Origin: Octopus vulgaris
Lineage: Eukaryota
Direction: 5' to 3'
Assembly: GCA_951406725.2 (NCBI GenBank)
Contig: OX597816.1
Location: 34,782,001-34,846,000 of the forward strand
Length of the DNA stretch: 64,000 bases
Shown: positions 1-16,971 of the stretch, in pieces
How the letters are laid out: every line of letters starts with the position of its first letter
How positions within the stretch are numbered: position 1 is the stretch's first letter
Made by a program: the position numbers and the translations under genes
Notes under the pieces: model-generated
Told to the model about the DNA's origin: nothing
Database searches by the model: none
The model's input: only the letters and a program-made list of their open reading frames with translations

Positions 1-3259
<3,259 letters not shown>

Positions 3260-3261
<2 letters not shown>

Positions 3262-3607
3262 TGAATAAAGATAGAGTTAACGCAGGTGTAATCAAATATT
3301 TTAACTTTCGACACATGTTTCGAAAATTCCACTGATACTATTCAAAAGAATAAATGGTATAAACAATGCAATCTTCTCCTCAGGAAAGTGAAAAAAACGA
3401 AACTCGTCAATAAGACATTTTAGCAAAAAAAAAAATTAAAATTTGCTAAAATGTCTTATTGACGTGTTTCGTTTTTTTCACTTTTCTGAGAAGATTGCAT
3501 TGTTTATACCATTTAGTCTTTTGAATAGTATCAGTGGAATTTTTGAAACATTTGTCGAAAGTAAAAATATTTGATTACACCTGCGTTAACTCCATTTTTT
3601 ATTCATA
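3260..3607. repeat. Long inverted repeat (~165-bp arms, ~15-nt loop), probably the inverted pLTR of a Penelope-like element
   Basis: atgaataaagatagagttaacgcaggtg...catttt agcaaa is mirrored by tttgctaaaatg...cacctgcgttaactccattttttattcat. Confidence 0.9.
3304..3389 (-). ncRNA. Minimal type-I hammerhead ribozyme motif (PLE type); degenerate mirror copy on + at ~3480-3562
   Basis: Minus strand reads ACTTTC-CTGAGGA-GAAGATT...AATTTTC-GAAAC-ATGT-GTC-GAAAGT: 6-bp stem I, intact core, long stem II, palindromic mini stem III, GUC cleavage triplet. Confidence 0.75.
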
Positions 3608-3899
3608 TTATTCAAAATATTCAACGTAAACACGAAGTTTCTACCTTTATAAACAAGGAGATACAATACCTTTACTTGTGAGATTTTTGCTGCCCTGGTA
3701 ACTATTTATTTATTTTTCCGTGTTAATTGTTAACAAGGTAAAAATACACTCATCTATGTATATATATATACATATATATATATATGAAACAGATCGGGTA
3801 TCGATAACCAGCTGGAAAGTTAGGACTGCCACCTTACTTTGGCAAATAGATTTTACAAAGCAGTATGGTTACTACTGGATGGAACTACTGCTTGAAGCA

Positions 3900-5275
3900 T
3901 CCCATCGCTATTAGCTTAAGAGCATATATCAACAACTCACCGAAATATCATACCTATATATAAGCCCTTTAATGTTGTCCCACCTGAGTTAATACATAGA
4001 AAAAAATCCCATAAATTCTGTACGTTTCTCAAAAATAAGTCACAGGAGCACATTAGATAATATGTGGTCTCTTATAAAAACATTGTATCTAGTTAGAAAA
4101 CCCGAAATGCATAAGAACGTTATACTAATAAGAATTATTACCATCTTGTTGATAATATATCTAGGAATACTAGAAAAATACCGTGGCATTAAAAGTTCAC
4201 GAATCCTACTTCATAAAGAAGCTGAGATGCAAGCAAATTAACCCTCTTAGAAACGGGTTAGGGAAGCTAATAAAATAATACCCAGGCATCAAAATAATTC
4301 AGAAGTGCATCACCCTACGAAATCAACAGTATGCCTCTAGGGTATTACCAATGACTTATTTGTTTTAATTTCCTCAATTCGACTTTATAGGTTTTTGCTG
4401 CTCGAAATGTAGATCACTGCTGAAAAAAAACATTAGGTCTCATACCCGATTTGGCCGCTATTTGAGACTCAGAAATAGAACTGATTATGTATAAACGCTT
4501 CATCATGTTTTTGAAGAGCAGCTCTGTTTGGACAGGTAAAATAAAATTGATCCTAATGCTATGTTAGATATCTCGTTCAGATCATACGTCAGTGACAACA
4601 TGTGCGATGTGGTCAGCTTCTATATATGTTAAACCTTTAAGAATTCCCTAGCCCCAACACACCAATTTGATGGACATATTTTATGCAATTTTCGTAAGAA
4701 TCTCCTGATAGCTGTTAATAGCATAGGCTTCATGATAACCATAGACAATCATTAAACCAAAAGCTTTCTTAGATAACTCCCTAGATCTCGAAACAGGTAT
4801 CTATAAGCCGTTACATGAACCCAACGAGTAATTAAGATATATTAGCAGATTTTCTGAGATTCTACTTCAATAAAACAGAGCTCTCCCAAGTTGAATCTTT
4901 AAAGGAACGCTCTACTATTCTTCACCCAACATATCAAAACCTGAATTCCGGTAAAAATATATAACTACCTCACATTTCTTCGAAAGCTTTAAAACAGAAC
5001 TATCCTGTGATGCATCTCAAAATAAGATCTACAACTGTTGAAATATGGAAATGAGCATTATTCTTGTAATCCAAAAATGAATTTATTAATAATATTGAAA
5101 ACTAAGACAATTGTAAACCCAGGACGCACATATACCAAAAGAAAAATGAAATCTAACTAGATAAAAAGCATGAAATATCTCTCTATATCTCTATGAGGCG
5201 ACGGTTATCACTCGAAGCCGAAACAAGTTGCGGCATATATTTCAATGCTGCAAGGCTGATTTAAAACAAGGTATA
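3900..5275 (+). mobile_element. Degenerate Penelope-like element RT/GIY-YIG coding remnant
   Basis: Fragments ALKVHESYF..C..INP..NGLGK (~4185-4275), QFDFIGF (~4375), MCDVVSFYI (~4600), FLD..LDLETGIYKPLHEPN (~4765-4830) resemble PLE RT motifs; same sense as the + strand HHR copy upstream. Confidence 0.7.
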
Positions 5276-6557
5276 GGACGGTGGGTTAAGCAGCTTATAG
5301 GATGATTATGAAAGAGTGATGCTAGAGTTGTGAAATTGGGCTCAATAATTTCAAAACATCTTATTAATAACTACATTTTTAGAGCATTGTTCCTTTCTTG
5401 GTAAAGTGATATCTGACTGTTCAAAGAAGACTCCAAAAGTAATTAGTAGCGACTTCTCTTGAAAATGGACACAATTTAGCATAATGAATTATCAACTAAC
5501 TACAGAAAAAAGGATTTAACCCCCAATGACATTCATTCTGATATGCTTGCTACATTAAAGGATGCTGCCCCAGCTTTATCAACAGTATAAACGGGGGTCG
5601 TTAAATTTAGGTAGGGAAGAGAGAATCTTGAAGCTTACCGAGGATCAGGGCATCCTGCCACTGCCACCACTGAGGAAGACATTGATGGATGACAGGCGAT
5701 TGATTATCAATCAAATAGCCAATGCTATTAGCATATCCCGTGAGGGAGCAGAGAATATTCTGCATAATGAAGCTGGCATGATAAAGGTTTCAACTCGATG
5801 GATGCCACTTCTACTGACACCTGATCAAAAGTGCACCCGGCCGATAATATCACGTGAAAATCTCACATTGAGGCAGATTCAGTTTCTTTCCTTCGTCGTT
5901 TCCTAAGCAAACCACGATGAAGTTTGTTTTAATCACTTTGATCCAGAGACAAAGAGCAAATTCATGATGTGGAAACACCCTTCCTCATCTGCTCCAAATG
6001 AGGCCAAGGCCGTTCCGTCTGCAGAAAAGATGATGGCCCCAGCTTATGGGATGCACAAGGCATTAAGCTTATTGACTCTCTTCAAAAGCGTCATGGCCAT
6101 CAATGGAGAGTATTATGCCAAATTGCTGTGGCAGCTACGAAAGGCTATCAAAATCAAATACCCAGGAAAACTGGCGTTAGTTGTCTTGTGTTAACAGGAG
6201 ATTGCTCGAGCATTCAAGACCTTGGTTTCAAAGATTGCTGTGCATGACTGAGTCTGCGGACTGACTGATTCCCCTCCCTGTTCTCCTGAATTTTACTACC
6301 TGATTATCATCTATTCTCCAACATGAAAAAAATACTTGGATAGGAATCTGTATCGCTGTGATGATCATGTCATATATGCCGTCGATTTTATGACCAACTG
6401 AATGAAAGATTTTTCACCAATAAGATCCAAGCACTGCAATACAGGTGAGAGAAGTATGTGAACCGCAAGGGTGACTATGATGAAAACTAAGTCTCATTTG
6501 GTTACATTCCATGAGAGTGTCCTTTCCAATCTCTGAAAGTTTCAGTCGACTTTGACA
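5276..6557 (+). mobile_element. Degenerate mariner transposon
   Basis: KVSTRWMPLLLTPDQK, WKHPSS, INGEYYAKLL, decayed SPDL-like motif; TIRs related to the copy at 49219-50451. Confidence 0.88.
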
Positions 6558-6825
6558 TTTAATTCAACTGAACAAAGAGATAATCATGACGTTGGCAGAC
6601 TATAGATGACTACTGTAGGTCAAAAGTATTATTAAACTGAGTGGCATTTTGGCGAAAGGTATTCATAAATGGAGCCAAGAAATGCAAACTTCCCCTGTCT
6701 GAGGGAACACAAGATTTACCAAACTGCAGTTATCCTTCATACATGTTCCAAATACTAAGGTAGCGTTTTAAATTGATCTAATCGCATTGTCATGTATAGA
6801 TTAGCTATACAGGTATTCATGATGA

Positions 6826-6846
6826 GAAGAAAAAGAAAAAGAAGAA

Positions 6847-6912
<66 letters not shown>

Positions 6913-7013
6913 GGTGGTGGTGGTGGTGGTGGTGGTGGTGGTGGTGGTGGTGGTGGTGGTGGTGTTGGTGGTGGTGGTGGTGGTGGTGGTGGCGGCGGCG
7001 GTGGTGGTGGTGG

Positions 7014-7045
<32 letters not shown>

Positions 7046-7175
7046 ATGATGATCATCTTGATTCAGTATGATGACGAGAAGTGTAGCAGGGAGAATGAGG
7101 ATAACGACATTCATGTGGTGATGTTGTTGGAGAAGGAGAAGGAGGAGGAGGAGGAGGATGAGGAAGAGGAGGAGG
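6826..7175. repeat. Compound (GAA)/(GAT)/(GGT)/(GAG) microsatellite
   Basis: Direct reading. Confidence 0.95.
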
Positions 7176-9819
7176 GCATAGGGGAGATTACATTAGAAGA
7201 TAGTTACTCTGTCTGCGTTGCATGGAGAATGGAACCAGGTCCAAGCCTGTGCCGATATTAACATTCGTCTTGATGCCAAATATTTGCATGTACAAGCACT
7301 TTATTCCTCATTTCATGGACGGATAACGTTGTGTAAAGGATAGAGGAAATCACTAATTATAAATAAATCATAAAATAACCTAAATAGATTGTATATCTTA
7401 TTTTTCAATTGATCGAAATAATGACGTAGGAATTCATAGATTGACAGTTTATTTAGCTATTCGTGGTGCGCTTATTTACACGTAAAGAATTCAGGATCAG
7501 TGAAGCCTATAATAAGTTATGTTGTCCTAACTGTATTTGTTAGGACAACAATCTATGTTTGTCAGGAAGTTTAATGCTGATTAAAATCAGTTTTCGAATA
7601 CAGAGAAAATAATCACGCAATTCAAGGTGAAAACCATGTGATATATTCACGGAAGTAATGTATTGACATGTTGTTTACTATTTATTATAATTCCTATATT
7701 TCCATTATTTTTTTTTTATTTTCCACTTCCTAATACGATAGTGAAATGGAATGCGTTTTAAATTAATTACAAAACCAATATTCAATTTCAGGCAATTATC
7801 AAGCCTGAAACGAGGAGAATACTCACACAAGAGTTTCACTATTGCAAACGTTGAAAGAAAAAGAAAGAAGCAGAACGCATGACCATAAAAGCATAGGAAA
7901 AGCAAATGTGAAAACACAAAGTAAAAGAAATTAATTTTTTCAGAGCTAATACTGTTTCAATAAATATGAAATGTTACTCCACTCAAAGCTAATAATTGAG
8001 CCCGATAATAAATTTAAAATAAATAAAATTGATTACCGTGTTACTTTAAAAATTGAATGCACATTACTGGTGAATTAATTGGCGAGCTCTCCTGAAAAAG
8101 TGATTCCTTTGATAGGATCCAAATTGCAGTTGAGTAGTTTATACATTTAGTTATCAATGAATATTCTTCAACTCTAATCCATTAATCTACACACAGTCTT
8201 TCTCTTCCAACCTCTGTCTCTCTATCATTCTCTCCCTCTCTCACTTTTCGCGTACGTATGCACACACGCACATGCTCACACACATGTATGAATGTATTAA
8301 ATATTTATTCAGATATTAAAAATATATATTATTGATAACATTGAACTTATAATATTCAATAATATTCAAAATATTATAAAATATATCGCGCTTAATAGAG
8401 AAATGTGCCGGGGGATATTTATATTTATATTGAAATATGAAATAGATATATATCTGTGATGTTTGTGTCGATACACGCATTAAGGCCTCACATCACAGCG
8501 TGGCTTCAAATATGGTGACAAAATATATTTTGAAAAGGTGAATGTGTAAATGTTAACGTTTCTCGTATGCTATATAGATACAAGTTGTTCTTCTCTAGCG
8601 CAGATGTCAACCTATTGGATATAATGTGTGTGTATGTGTGTGTGTGTGTTTTAGTGTAAATATTTTTATGTGTGTTGCTGTTATATCGGAAAAGAACATA
8701 TCGGATACATTGAATTATAAATAATTTATATATTCACAATGCCAGGAAGTGATATTATGAGAGAAAGAGAGGCTGTTTCTTATAATAGATAACGAAATAA
8801 GAAAATGAAAGAGAAAAAAGTGTGACATATATGTTAGACAGAATTTGAAACAAACTTAATGTGAGACAATTTCAAATCACTACTTTTTTTTTTCCAGTGA
8901 GGGATATGTTTTCAGTTCCCTCCTACATGCCTAGATTTGTTTGAATTCTTCAAACATTTGTGTTTCGATGTGTAAGTAGGTGTACAAATGTAGATTTTGA
9001 CATTTTTCTTCCCGCGTTTCCACACATATCACAAGTCATGTTTCAATACAAGTGTCTGATTGTTTAATGTTTAGTTACATAAATGCTTGCCATTTGTTTT
9101 AATTTCCAGGCGCAAGAACTGCATATTTCTTCGTCGTTTTCTTCAGCAAGTAGTTCAAGTCTCCCCTGTACACAGTGATTCATATGTAATGAATCATTGA
9201 AACATTAATTCGTGGCCTGTGCTGCAGAATAACTCCTACAAAGCAGAGCCCTTGATTTCAGGTTCAATTGGCATTATGCCTTTCATGTACCAGTCAAGTA
9301 CTAGGGTATATGTAAAAATAAAATACCAGTCAAGTACTAGGGTATATGTACTCGATTAGTCCCCTCCCACAAATTTCACGTCCTGTGCCTATATTAGGAA
9401 GTATTATTTAGTCAGTATCTCGATCTTGTATTCATAACATTTCTTAAGTACAATCACGTGCGATGATTTTAACGCATTTTGTATAAAGTTATTGATATTA
9501 AAAGAGTTTGACTGAGGAATTCTTTTCGTATCCCAAATACTGTTAGATATGAGACAGACTTTCATAGCTACACCGACATTTCCCTACATGGCGTTAGAGC
9601 TTTCCTAATACTTGATATACATTTCAAAATGTTTTTACTAACGATTCTTATCTCGGATTTAGATATCTAATTAAACTGCATACTAATATAGATGTAAAAT
9701 TTTCTTTATGGATCTTAGCTCTTATAAAGCCTTGTCGTTATTGAAAAATACCTAATTTATTAGGTAGATTTATGAGTCTGGCATGTTTTATGATTTATCA
9801 TTTGTTTTGTTATATATTT

Positions 9820-10096
9820 GTGTGTGTGTGTGTATATACATACTTGGAAATGGATGCGTGGCATTCGATCATATAATAATATAAATACACATACATATAT
9901 GCATACATACACACATATCTGTACATACATACACACCACACACATATATATATGCATATATGGGTACAGGACGTCACAAAACGTAAACAACATGAAATAC
10001 GAAGACAAATTTGGGTATGCAAACAACAAGAGAAACAAATGGAAAACAAGACGTACATACATACACATACACACACACACATTCACACACACACAC

Positions 10097-10152
<56 letters not shown>
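9820..10152. repeat. TA/CA microsatellite region containing a fragment (9958-10055) related to the arm of the 28439-28691 inverted repeat
   Basis: tatgggtacaggacgtcacaaaacgtaaac vs tatgggtacaggataccaacagaacgtcgaac. Confidence 0.65.
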
Positions 10153-10894
10153 GCTTTAAATATTACGCAGTTTTGCGTGACATTATCAAGTAGCTGTTTA
10201 TGTAAAATTTTATCTCTTCCAATATAATTTTATTTCTTACCCATTTATTTGATTCCTTAATTTGATTTATATCGTATTTTATTTTAGTTTTGAAGACATA
10301 TTTGTACTGATGCAATATCATTTTCACTCCTGAATCTCTCTCCTCAATTTATGGGTTGCAGTTTCCGAATTTACTATCATAATAATATTGAGCTTGACTG
10401 CAATTCAAAAAATGGAACTTTTCAGTCCATAGTCGTAACTACGTCGCACAACTCCATAGAATAAGACAAGTCACATGACCAACCATTTGAAATCGATAGA
10501 CACTAGAATCATTCCATTTTCCTTCTGTCTTGTATTTCTTTTACCATATCTTATTCCTTCTTTCTTCTACCCATTCTCCATTCTCCCGATGCTATTACGA
10601 AGATTCCCCTTGTTGATATATTAATCTCTGTTAATTCTACAATAGTATTTTTGCCATTCTGTAATAGAGGAAATATTAATGTAGGAACCTGAAACGGACA
10701 AAGAGAATAAGTCACATTTATATTCTAAGAGTTATTCACGAAACGCATATGTTTTCCGAAATATATTTTTTTCATATGATCAAAAAACATCCGCATATAT
10801 GTGGAGGGAATGAGTTCATCAGCCACTTAAAATTTATGTACCAGCATTTTACTCTTACCGCTTGCAAATTGAAATGCATCGTTCTGTGTGCTTG

Positions 10895-11066
10895 TACAAT
10901 GGGCTACTGAAAAGTTTCTGGATATCAGGGTCCCGTTGAAGGCCTGGTTGGAGTACTTAGTAAAACTGAAGGACAGCTGCCGTAAGTGTTTGTATCTGAA
11001 AGGCAAATATGTTAAGTAAAATTATAATTAACTGACTCAACCGGAGATTTTCAGCACCCCTCGCAT
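10895..11066. mobile_element. Short internally deleted mariner-like MITE
   Basis: Ends tacaatgggctactgaaaagtttctgg / ccggagattttcagcacccctcgcata are imperfectly inverted and resemble mariner TIRs. Confidence 0.5.
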
Positions 11067-11724
11067 ATACATACATATGTATGTGTAAATGTGTATGTAG
11101 ATATATATATATCCATATACTTCACCTTTCATATATATGTGTGTAAATAAACACAGACATACATACGTAAATGTTCAATTGTGTGTGATTGTCTCTGTGT
11201 GTGTGTGCGTGTGTGTATTTGCATGTGGCAAAACTGATTGTTGAGAATTCAACGAAAACACAAAAGTTGAACGAGATTAGATGACACAGATCGCAGCCCT
11301 GTAAACAACGTGGGCACGGAAGTGGACTATATGCATTAGTAACCTTTGCTTCAGTGTCTCTACAGTGGAATCTATGTATTCTTGAAACGCGGTACACATT
11401 TATTTCAAACAGACACATAAATGTTTGCCTCCGTGCGCGAATATATTTGTATGTGTGTGCATGCACGAGCTTGCAGTTGCTAAGAATATTACACTCGCAT
11501 GATTGAATCTCGAGCAGATTAAAACTAATTTGAGCGCCAAAGCTAATTTTTTGAAAAGCGGAAAGACTCAACCAGTTGTTTTCTATATGACCAATTGTAC
11601 TAATAAGACTTTGGCGTATCAGAAACATGCTTAAGGTTCTTGCACACAATACCATGCAATTTTATCGAACATGGGACTCATGTTTGCAAAAGAAACATCT
11701 TAACCTCTCTTCTGTGTTTAATAC

Positions 11725-12152
11725 TTTCTACTATCGGCTCAAGTCCTGTGTTGGATGAGTGGGAATAGTCGATTACATCGAAAATAATTACTTGACTGGT
11801 CTTTGATTTATCGATCCCAAAGTGATAAAATGCAAAGTTGACCTGGGCAGAATTTGAACTCAGAACTTATAGACGGACTAAACACTGCTAAGCATTTTTC
11901 CCGGTGTATCAACGAATCTGCCAGCTCGCCGCCTTACATATAGGTCATAATGGTTTCAAATTTTGAAACAATGATAGCAATTTCAGGGTAGGTGGTAAGT
12001 CGAATATATCGACTCCAGTACTCAACTGGTTCTTATAAACCACGAAAGGAAAAGTCAACCTCGGTGGAATTTGAACTCAGAACGTAAAGCCGAACTAACT
12101 GTGACTAAGCATTTTGCCCGGCGTGCCCACGATTCTGCCACCTCGCCGTCTT
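11725..12152 (-). mobile_element. Tandem pair of SINE family B (tRNA-like head plus Meta/Deu-like central domain)
   Basis: Two reverse-complement copies of ggcggcgagctggcaga...ttctgagttcaaattc...gtcgactttgcctttcatcc...aagtaccag. Confidence 0.8.
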
Positions 12153-13027
12153 ACACATTGAGGATAACGATATTATGCCAATATACATGAAGCCTAACAT
12201 TACTATACACTCTACTCAGCTTGGCTCTACTTCAACATAGCTCTTAGAAGGTATCCACTATGTTTTAATACATAGTGAAGATGATTAAATAACTTCAGTG
12301 TTTACCTGGGACTTTATTGAATCGGCACCACCCCAGAAAATTTGAAGCCAGAGTTAACCATGGTCTTATTTGATCCCATAACTGATATCCGGAACATATA
12401 ATGCTCGGTGGCTAAGTGGCAACGAAATGTTTCCCCTGGTATTAGTATCTGTATAATCGTGGAACCTCACCACTTTCTTTGGATTTCTAGTATTACCGTT
12501 CGTTAGAAAGTATTGTTATGATGTGTTTGCTTTGTGTTTCAACACATGATAAAGCATAAAAGATTCTATTGAACAAATTTGGTCGTCAAAATGTTTACTT
12601 AATATCACTGCCATTAATTTCACTTGAAGTCCACTGATTTTTATTGATTCAGTAAAATGTTTAAAAGTCGAGAGTAAATTAATTTCCTGTCAAAAGCCAT
12701 GTTATTATTTAAATCTTGTAGTCAAATTATGATGGACAAATTTGCTTTGTTGACAAGAAATTTTAGAAAATTGGTAAAAATTTATATCTTCAGATGAAGA
12801 AAACTGTATTGCAATGTATCTATGCATAAATGTGTATTCGGACGTGTCGACATACCAATTTCGTTGCCATGGTGTACGTATGAATCTACTTATGCTGCTT
12901 TTTTGCAAGTACTTCTGTAATTACGTATATTTCTTTGGAAGTGTTTACTATTTCAATGCGTGAATAAATGTGTATATTACTTACACACACACATACATAC
13001 ATATATATATATGTGTATATATATATC

Positions 13028-13308
13028 TCAGGTGACCAACCAGACCATCAGATGTTGCTACACATCGCTGGTCACAATGCGTTCGCATTGTTTTAGTCTT
13101 CGAACGACGCCACCCCGCTGGCTAAGCGAGCAGGCCAACAGAAGAAAGAGAGGTGAAAGAGTACAGCAGGGATCACCCCGCCCCTGCCGGAGCCACGTGG
13201 AGCTTTTAGGTGTTTTCGCTCAATAAACACACACAACGCCCGGTCTGGAAATCGAAACCACGATCCTAGGACCGCGTCCGCTGCGCTAACCACTGGGCCA
13301 TTGGGCCT

Positions 13309-13311
<3 letters not shown>
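13028..13311 (-). mobile_element. SINE family C (tRNA-derived head) with RTE-like 3' tail
   Basis: Head tggaggcccaatggcccagtggttagcgcagcgg...gtttcgatttcc with A/B boxes, shared with copies at 23641, 31548 and 32863. Confidence 0.88.
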
Positions 13312-13378
<67 letters not shown>

Positions 13379-13599
13379 GTTTGTTCTATAACCTTAGTTT
13401 AATATATTTGTCTCTTTCAATAGAGCACTTCTATAGCAGTCCTATTAATCTTTTTGTTCCTGACAAGAAACAATCACTGTATTATTGATATATATATATA
13501 AATGTGTAAAGGTATGTATGTATGTATATATATAGACCCATGCGTGTACACAACCCATATCTGTCTATCAGGGTATGGCCTGGTCAGCCTGTAATCACA

Positions 13600-14086
13600 T
13601 GCATAAGATCTGATCATCAAATCTAAGTAGAGACTTCAAACTTGAAATTTTCAAAGCCACAGTCGAACCAATTCCACAATATGGCTCAGAAACCTGGACG
13701 TTATCAAAGAAGCTTGAGAGGCGGTTGGATGGAGCCTACACTCGCCTCCTTATGAGAGCTCAAAATCTCTCGTGGAAGCACCATCCAACCAAAATGCAAA
13801 TATATGGGAAACTACCACCTGTGTCATCTCTTGTGAAAGGTAGGAGAGTCCAGTTTGCGGCACTTTGTTGTAGAGCTGAAAACGAGGCAATTTCTACTCT
13901 TCTCCTCTGGAAGCCATCTACTCGTAATACCAGAGGGCGCACACTCTCCTACCCTGATGTAATCTCCAGGGATACAGGCATCCAGCAACAGGACCTCCGT
14001 AATGCTATGATGGACCGTGAAGTCTGGCGTAGCATGGTAAATTCCATTGTCTCGACCACGGTCGAACAATGATGATGATGATGATC
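13600..14086 (+). mobile_element. RTE-type LINE 3' fragment with (GAT)n tail
   Basis: YGSETWTLSKKLERRLDGAYTRLL...AMMDREVWRS, then TGA and gat repeats. Confidence 0.88.
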
Positions 14087-14089
14087 AGG

Positions 14090-14640
14090 ATGTCTTTCTT
14101 TCTCATTCTATATACCCATGTGGACCATTTTCATACTAGCGAAGCACTTAATTCTATTCCTCCAACATGAAGGCAGCATTCAATATACTGCCAAAATCTG
14201 CCTGAATTTACCTGGGATTATACCTAAGAGCTTATACCTTCACGGAAGTACGGACCAACCTCCATACCTTCTGGAAGAAGATGAGCTATCTGTATTCTTA
14301 TGTCTACTGTTTAACTCTTTGTTCTTCTATCTACAGTTTTATTCCTTATAAACTGTGGATTTCCCTGTCTAGATCTTTCATACATACTTACCTAGTCTCT
14401 GACGACGGAATACCCAGTGTATGGACATGTTAGCCCATTACTTGGGTTATCCCAGAAAGAGCTGTAAGACTTCAAATTAAATTTACCCTAATTAAATATT
14501 GTACATGACTTTCTCAGATTGTCCTGCCCACCTACATTCAACGTGCTAAAATAAGAATTAGTTTTTTTGGGGTTTGGGATTTGACTCCTGTTTCTAGCAT
14601 GTTGGAAAACCACTTAGTGGCTTTTCCCTTCGTGTATTAT
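14090..14640 (+). mobile_element. Probable Penelope-like terminal repeat (pLTR) remnant
   Basis: Contains the HHR-like motif at 14394-14471; boundaries uncertain. Confidence 0.5.
14394..14471 (+). ncRNA. Slightly degenerate minimal type-I hammerhead ribozyme motif
   Basis: AGTCT-CTGACGA-cggaatacccag...cttgggttatccca-GAAAg-AGCT-GTA-AGACT: 5-bp stem I, core, stem II, palindromic AGCT loop; position 15.2 is G rather than C. Confidence 0.6.
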
Positions 14641-14738
14641 TTATATACACACATATAATATAATAATATTTGCAGTCTATGGATATTTTTACTCACACTA
14701 TCCACTGGTAAAAATTACGATTTAAATTTTACCCTATA

Positions 14739-14740
<2 letters not shown>

Positions 14741-14817
<77 letters not shown>

Positions 14818-14846
14818 GTGTGTATGTGTGTGTGCGTTTGTGTGTG
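14741..14846. repeat. (TG)n microsatellite
   Basis: Direct reading. Confidence 0.95.
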
Positions 14847-16359
14847 CATTGTTTATTTACAAGCTGTGATCGTCTAAATGAGGCGTTTGTTCTTTTGCTT
14901 CGCCATTTTTTCTGTTGAATAGCGAATGCTCAAATCGTGTAAAGCATTTTTTTCTGAGTGCAAACCTATAATAGACTGTTTCTTTGATTTATTTCATATA
15001 ACTGATATGAAATATGTCATAGATAACAGTGACAAATTCATATGACACCGCAAATAATTGTTGTTGACAAAGATCTGGAGAAATTGTATTCACCTCAATA
15101 GTCATCATTGATTGGTTGAAATGCAAGAAATTAAACAACAAATAGCTTACAAACTACTGAATTTTCTCAAGAAAACCAAGAGAAAAAGATGTTTTATAAA
15201 CACATTCTACCAATATACGAAGTTTAAAAGTGTTTAGTTACAACGAAATTATTTTAAAAATCTGCCGGTCAAAGCGAAAATATCCCATTTCACCATGTTT
15301 ATCTCTAAATATAAGACTTGTGGTACATTCGGTCAGGCATCACGAGCGAATATCTATAATCTCACGTGATTGGTCAGTTAATCGATTAGTTAGAGTGTAG
15401 CTATGGCATGATATGTTTTTCTCTAAAGTTCTAGAATTTGGCTTCTGGTCCCCTATAAAAACAGTGTGGCGCACAGCTTAGAGCGAACACGGCTAAAAAT
15501 CTCTTGCCACAAATGTTTGCTCAATTAACTTCGCATATTTTTGTCGGAGAGCATGTTTTCCCATAGACAGTTTTCTATATTTTCAAAGCACTTGTGCCCT
15601 CTCCCAGTCGACAATTATTAATATTGTTCATTGTGAATAGCCAACAACAAATATATTTACGTCCGGCAATATATATTTTAGTTCGATTTTCGTGGGTTTT
15701 CTTCAGCTAATATTCACACAGCCAACGAAAAATATATCTTCATTTCCCCACGAATCGAACAACGGCACCGCGTGACAAATAAAGGCTTTGTGCGCAAACA
15801 ATACCACAAAAGTATGGAATGCTATGACTGGATAATTACTTCTTCAGTTTTTCAGGTTCAACAGACAATGTCATTATCTATGTGACATTTGTAAAAAGTA
15901 GCTCTCACCGTAGTCTGATATTCATGCTGCTGTTTGAAAATCGAAAGGGGTGCTGTACACAGTCACATATATTATTGCACTCTTAAAATCTACAGTGGTA
16001 TATCCACTAATAGTTAATTACGCTACACAGATATATCGTCTTGAGACCTATAATAATACAGTAGATTGTTTTATTTGCTAGAAAACATATTGCTATTTTG
16101 AATAATTATATTAAAAGTTAAATGAAGTTAATGTCGCTAAGGAAAGCAAAGTGGCCTAATTTATATTAGTATATAGTTTATACAAACCCCTTTTTATTGC
16201 TTAGCTATGATAGTTAATATCTCAAGATAACAAGCTAAATAACAAGCAAAGGTATTATGGATATCAGAGCATATCTGACATACACACACGCACACAAATG
16301 TACACACACAAACACACACACACACACACACATACACACACACGCACACACACACTCAC

Positions 16360-16390
<31 letters not shown>

Positions 16391-16971
16391 CTGATGTCTC
16401 ACAATAGATACCTTCCTATAGTAACGTGCTTCTATGTTTACGCTTCTGTGTAAATCTCTATACAGTGATATATAAAGAGAGAGAGAGAGAGAGAGAGAGC
16501 AAAAGCAAGAGAGAGAGAGAAAGCCAGAGAGAGAAAGAGACAGAAAGACAGACAGAGCAACAGAAGCAGAGACAGAGGCAATTATGCGGTTAAAATTAAA
16601 TGTAACAACTTATGTTTGACATACAAAATATATATACATGCAAAAATGCAAAGAGCAAGACAATATATGTGCAAGGAAGAAGGATACTGAGTGGGATTAA
16701 GTGAAAGAGACTATATATAAAATGCTCCAGCGTAACCAGCAAGTAAATTAAAATTATCAATTAGGTAGACCTGTCACATGGGTCAGTTATGTGAATAGAT
16801 TCCTAGAGCTTCACGAGAAAGGTGAAGCACAAGATAAAATATACTTACTAGTCTCTAGTTGTGTGGTATTGTGTTCAATGCAATGTATATTAAACGGAAA
16901 CAACTATGCTGAGTAGAGAATGGAAGAGACAAAGAGAATGAGATGGGATTCAGGTTTATAATCTTATAGAC

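Noticed and set aside
6755-7261. Poly-His/Thr/Met/Val ORFs (also ~19000-19560, 21225-21950, 27273-27833, 28985-29309, 44722-45006, 53724-54683, 62112-62402, 63426-63872)
   Set aside because: Translations of microsatellites; open in several frames on both strands
8897-9180. Plus-strand splice-acceptor-like sites at ~8897 and ~9109
   Set aside because: Short, no sustained ORF or homology; such signals are common in AT-rich DNA
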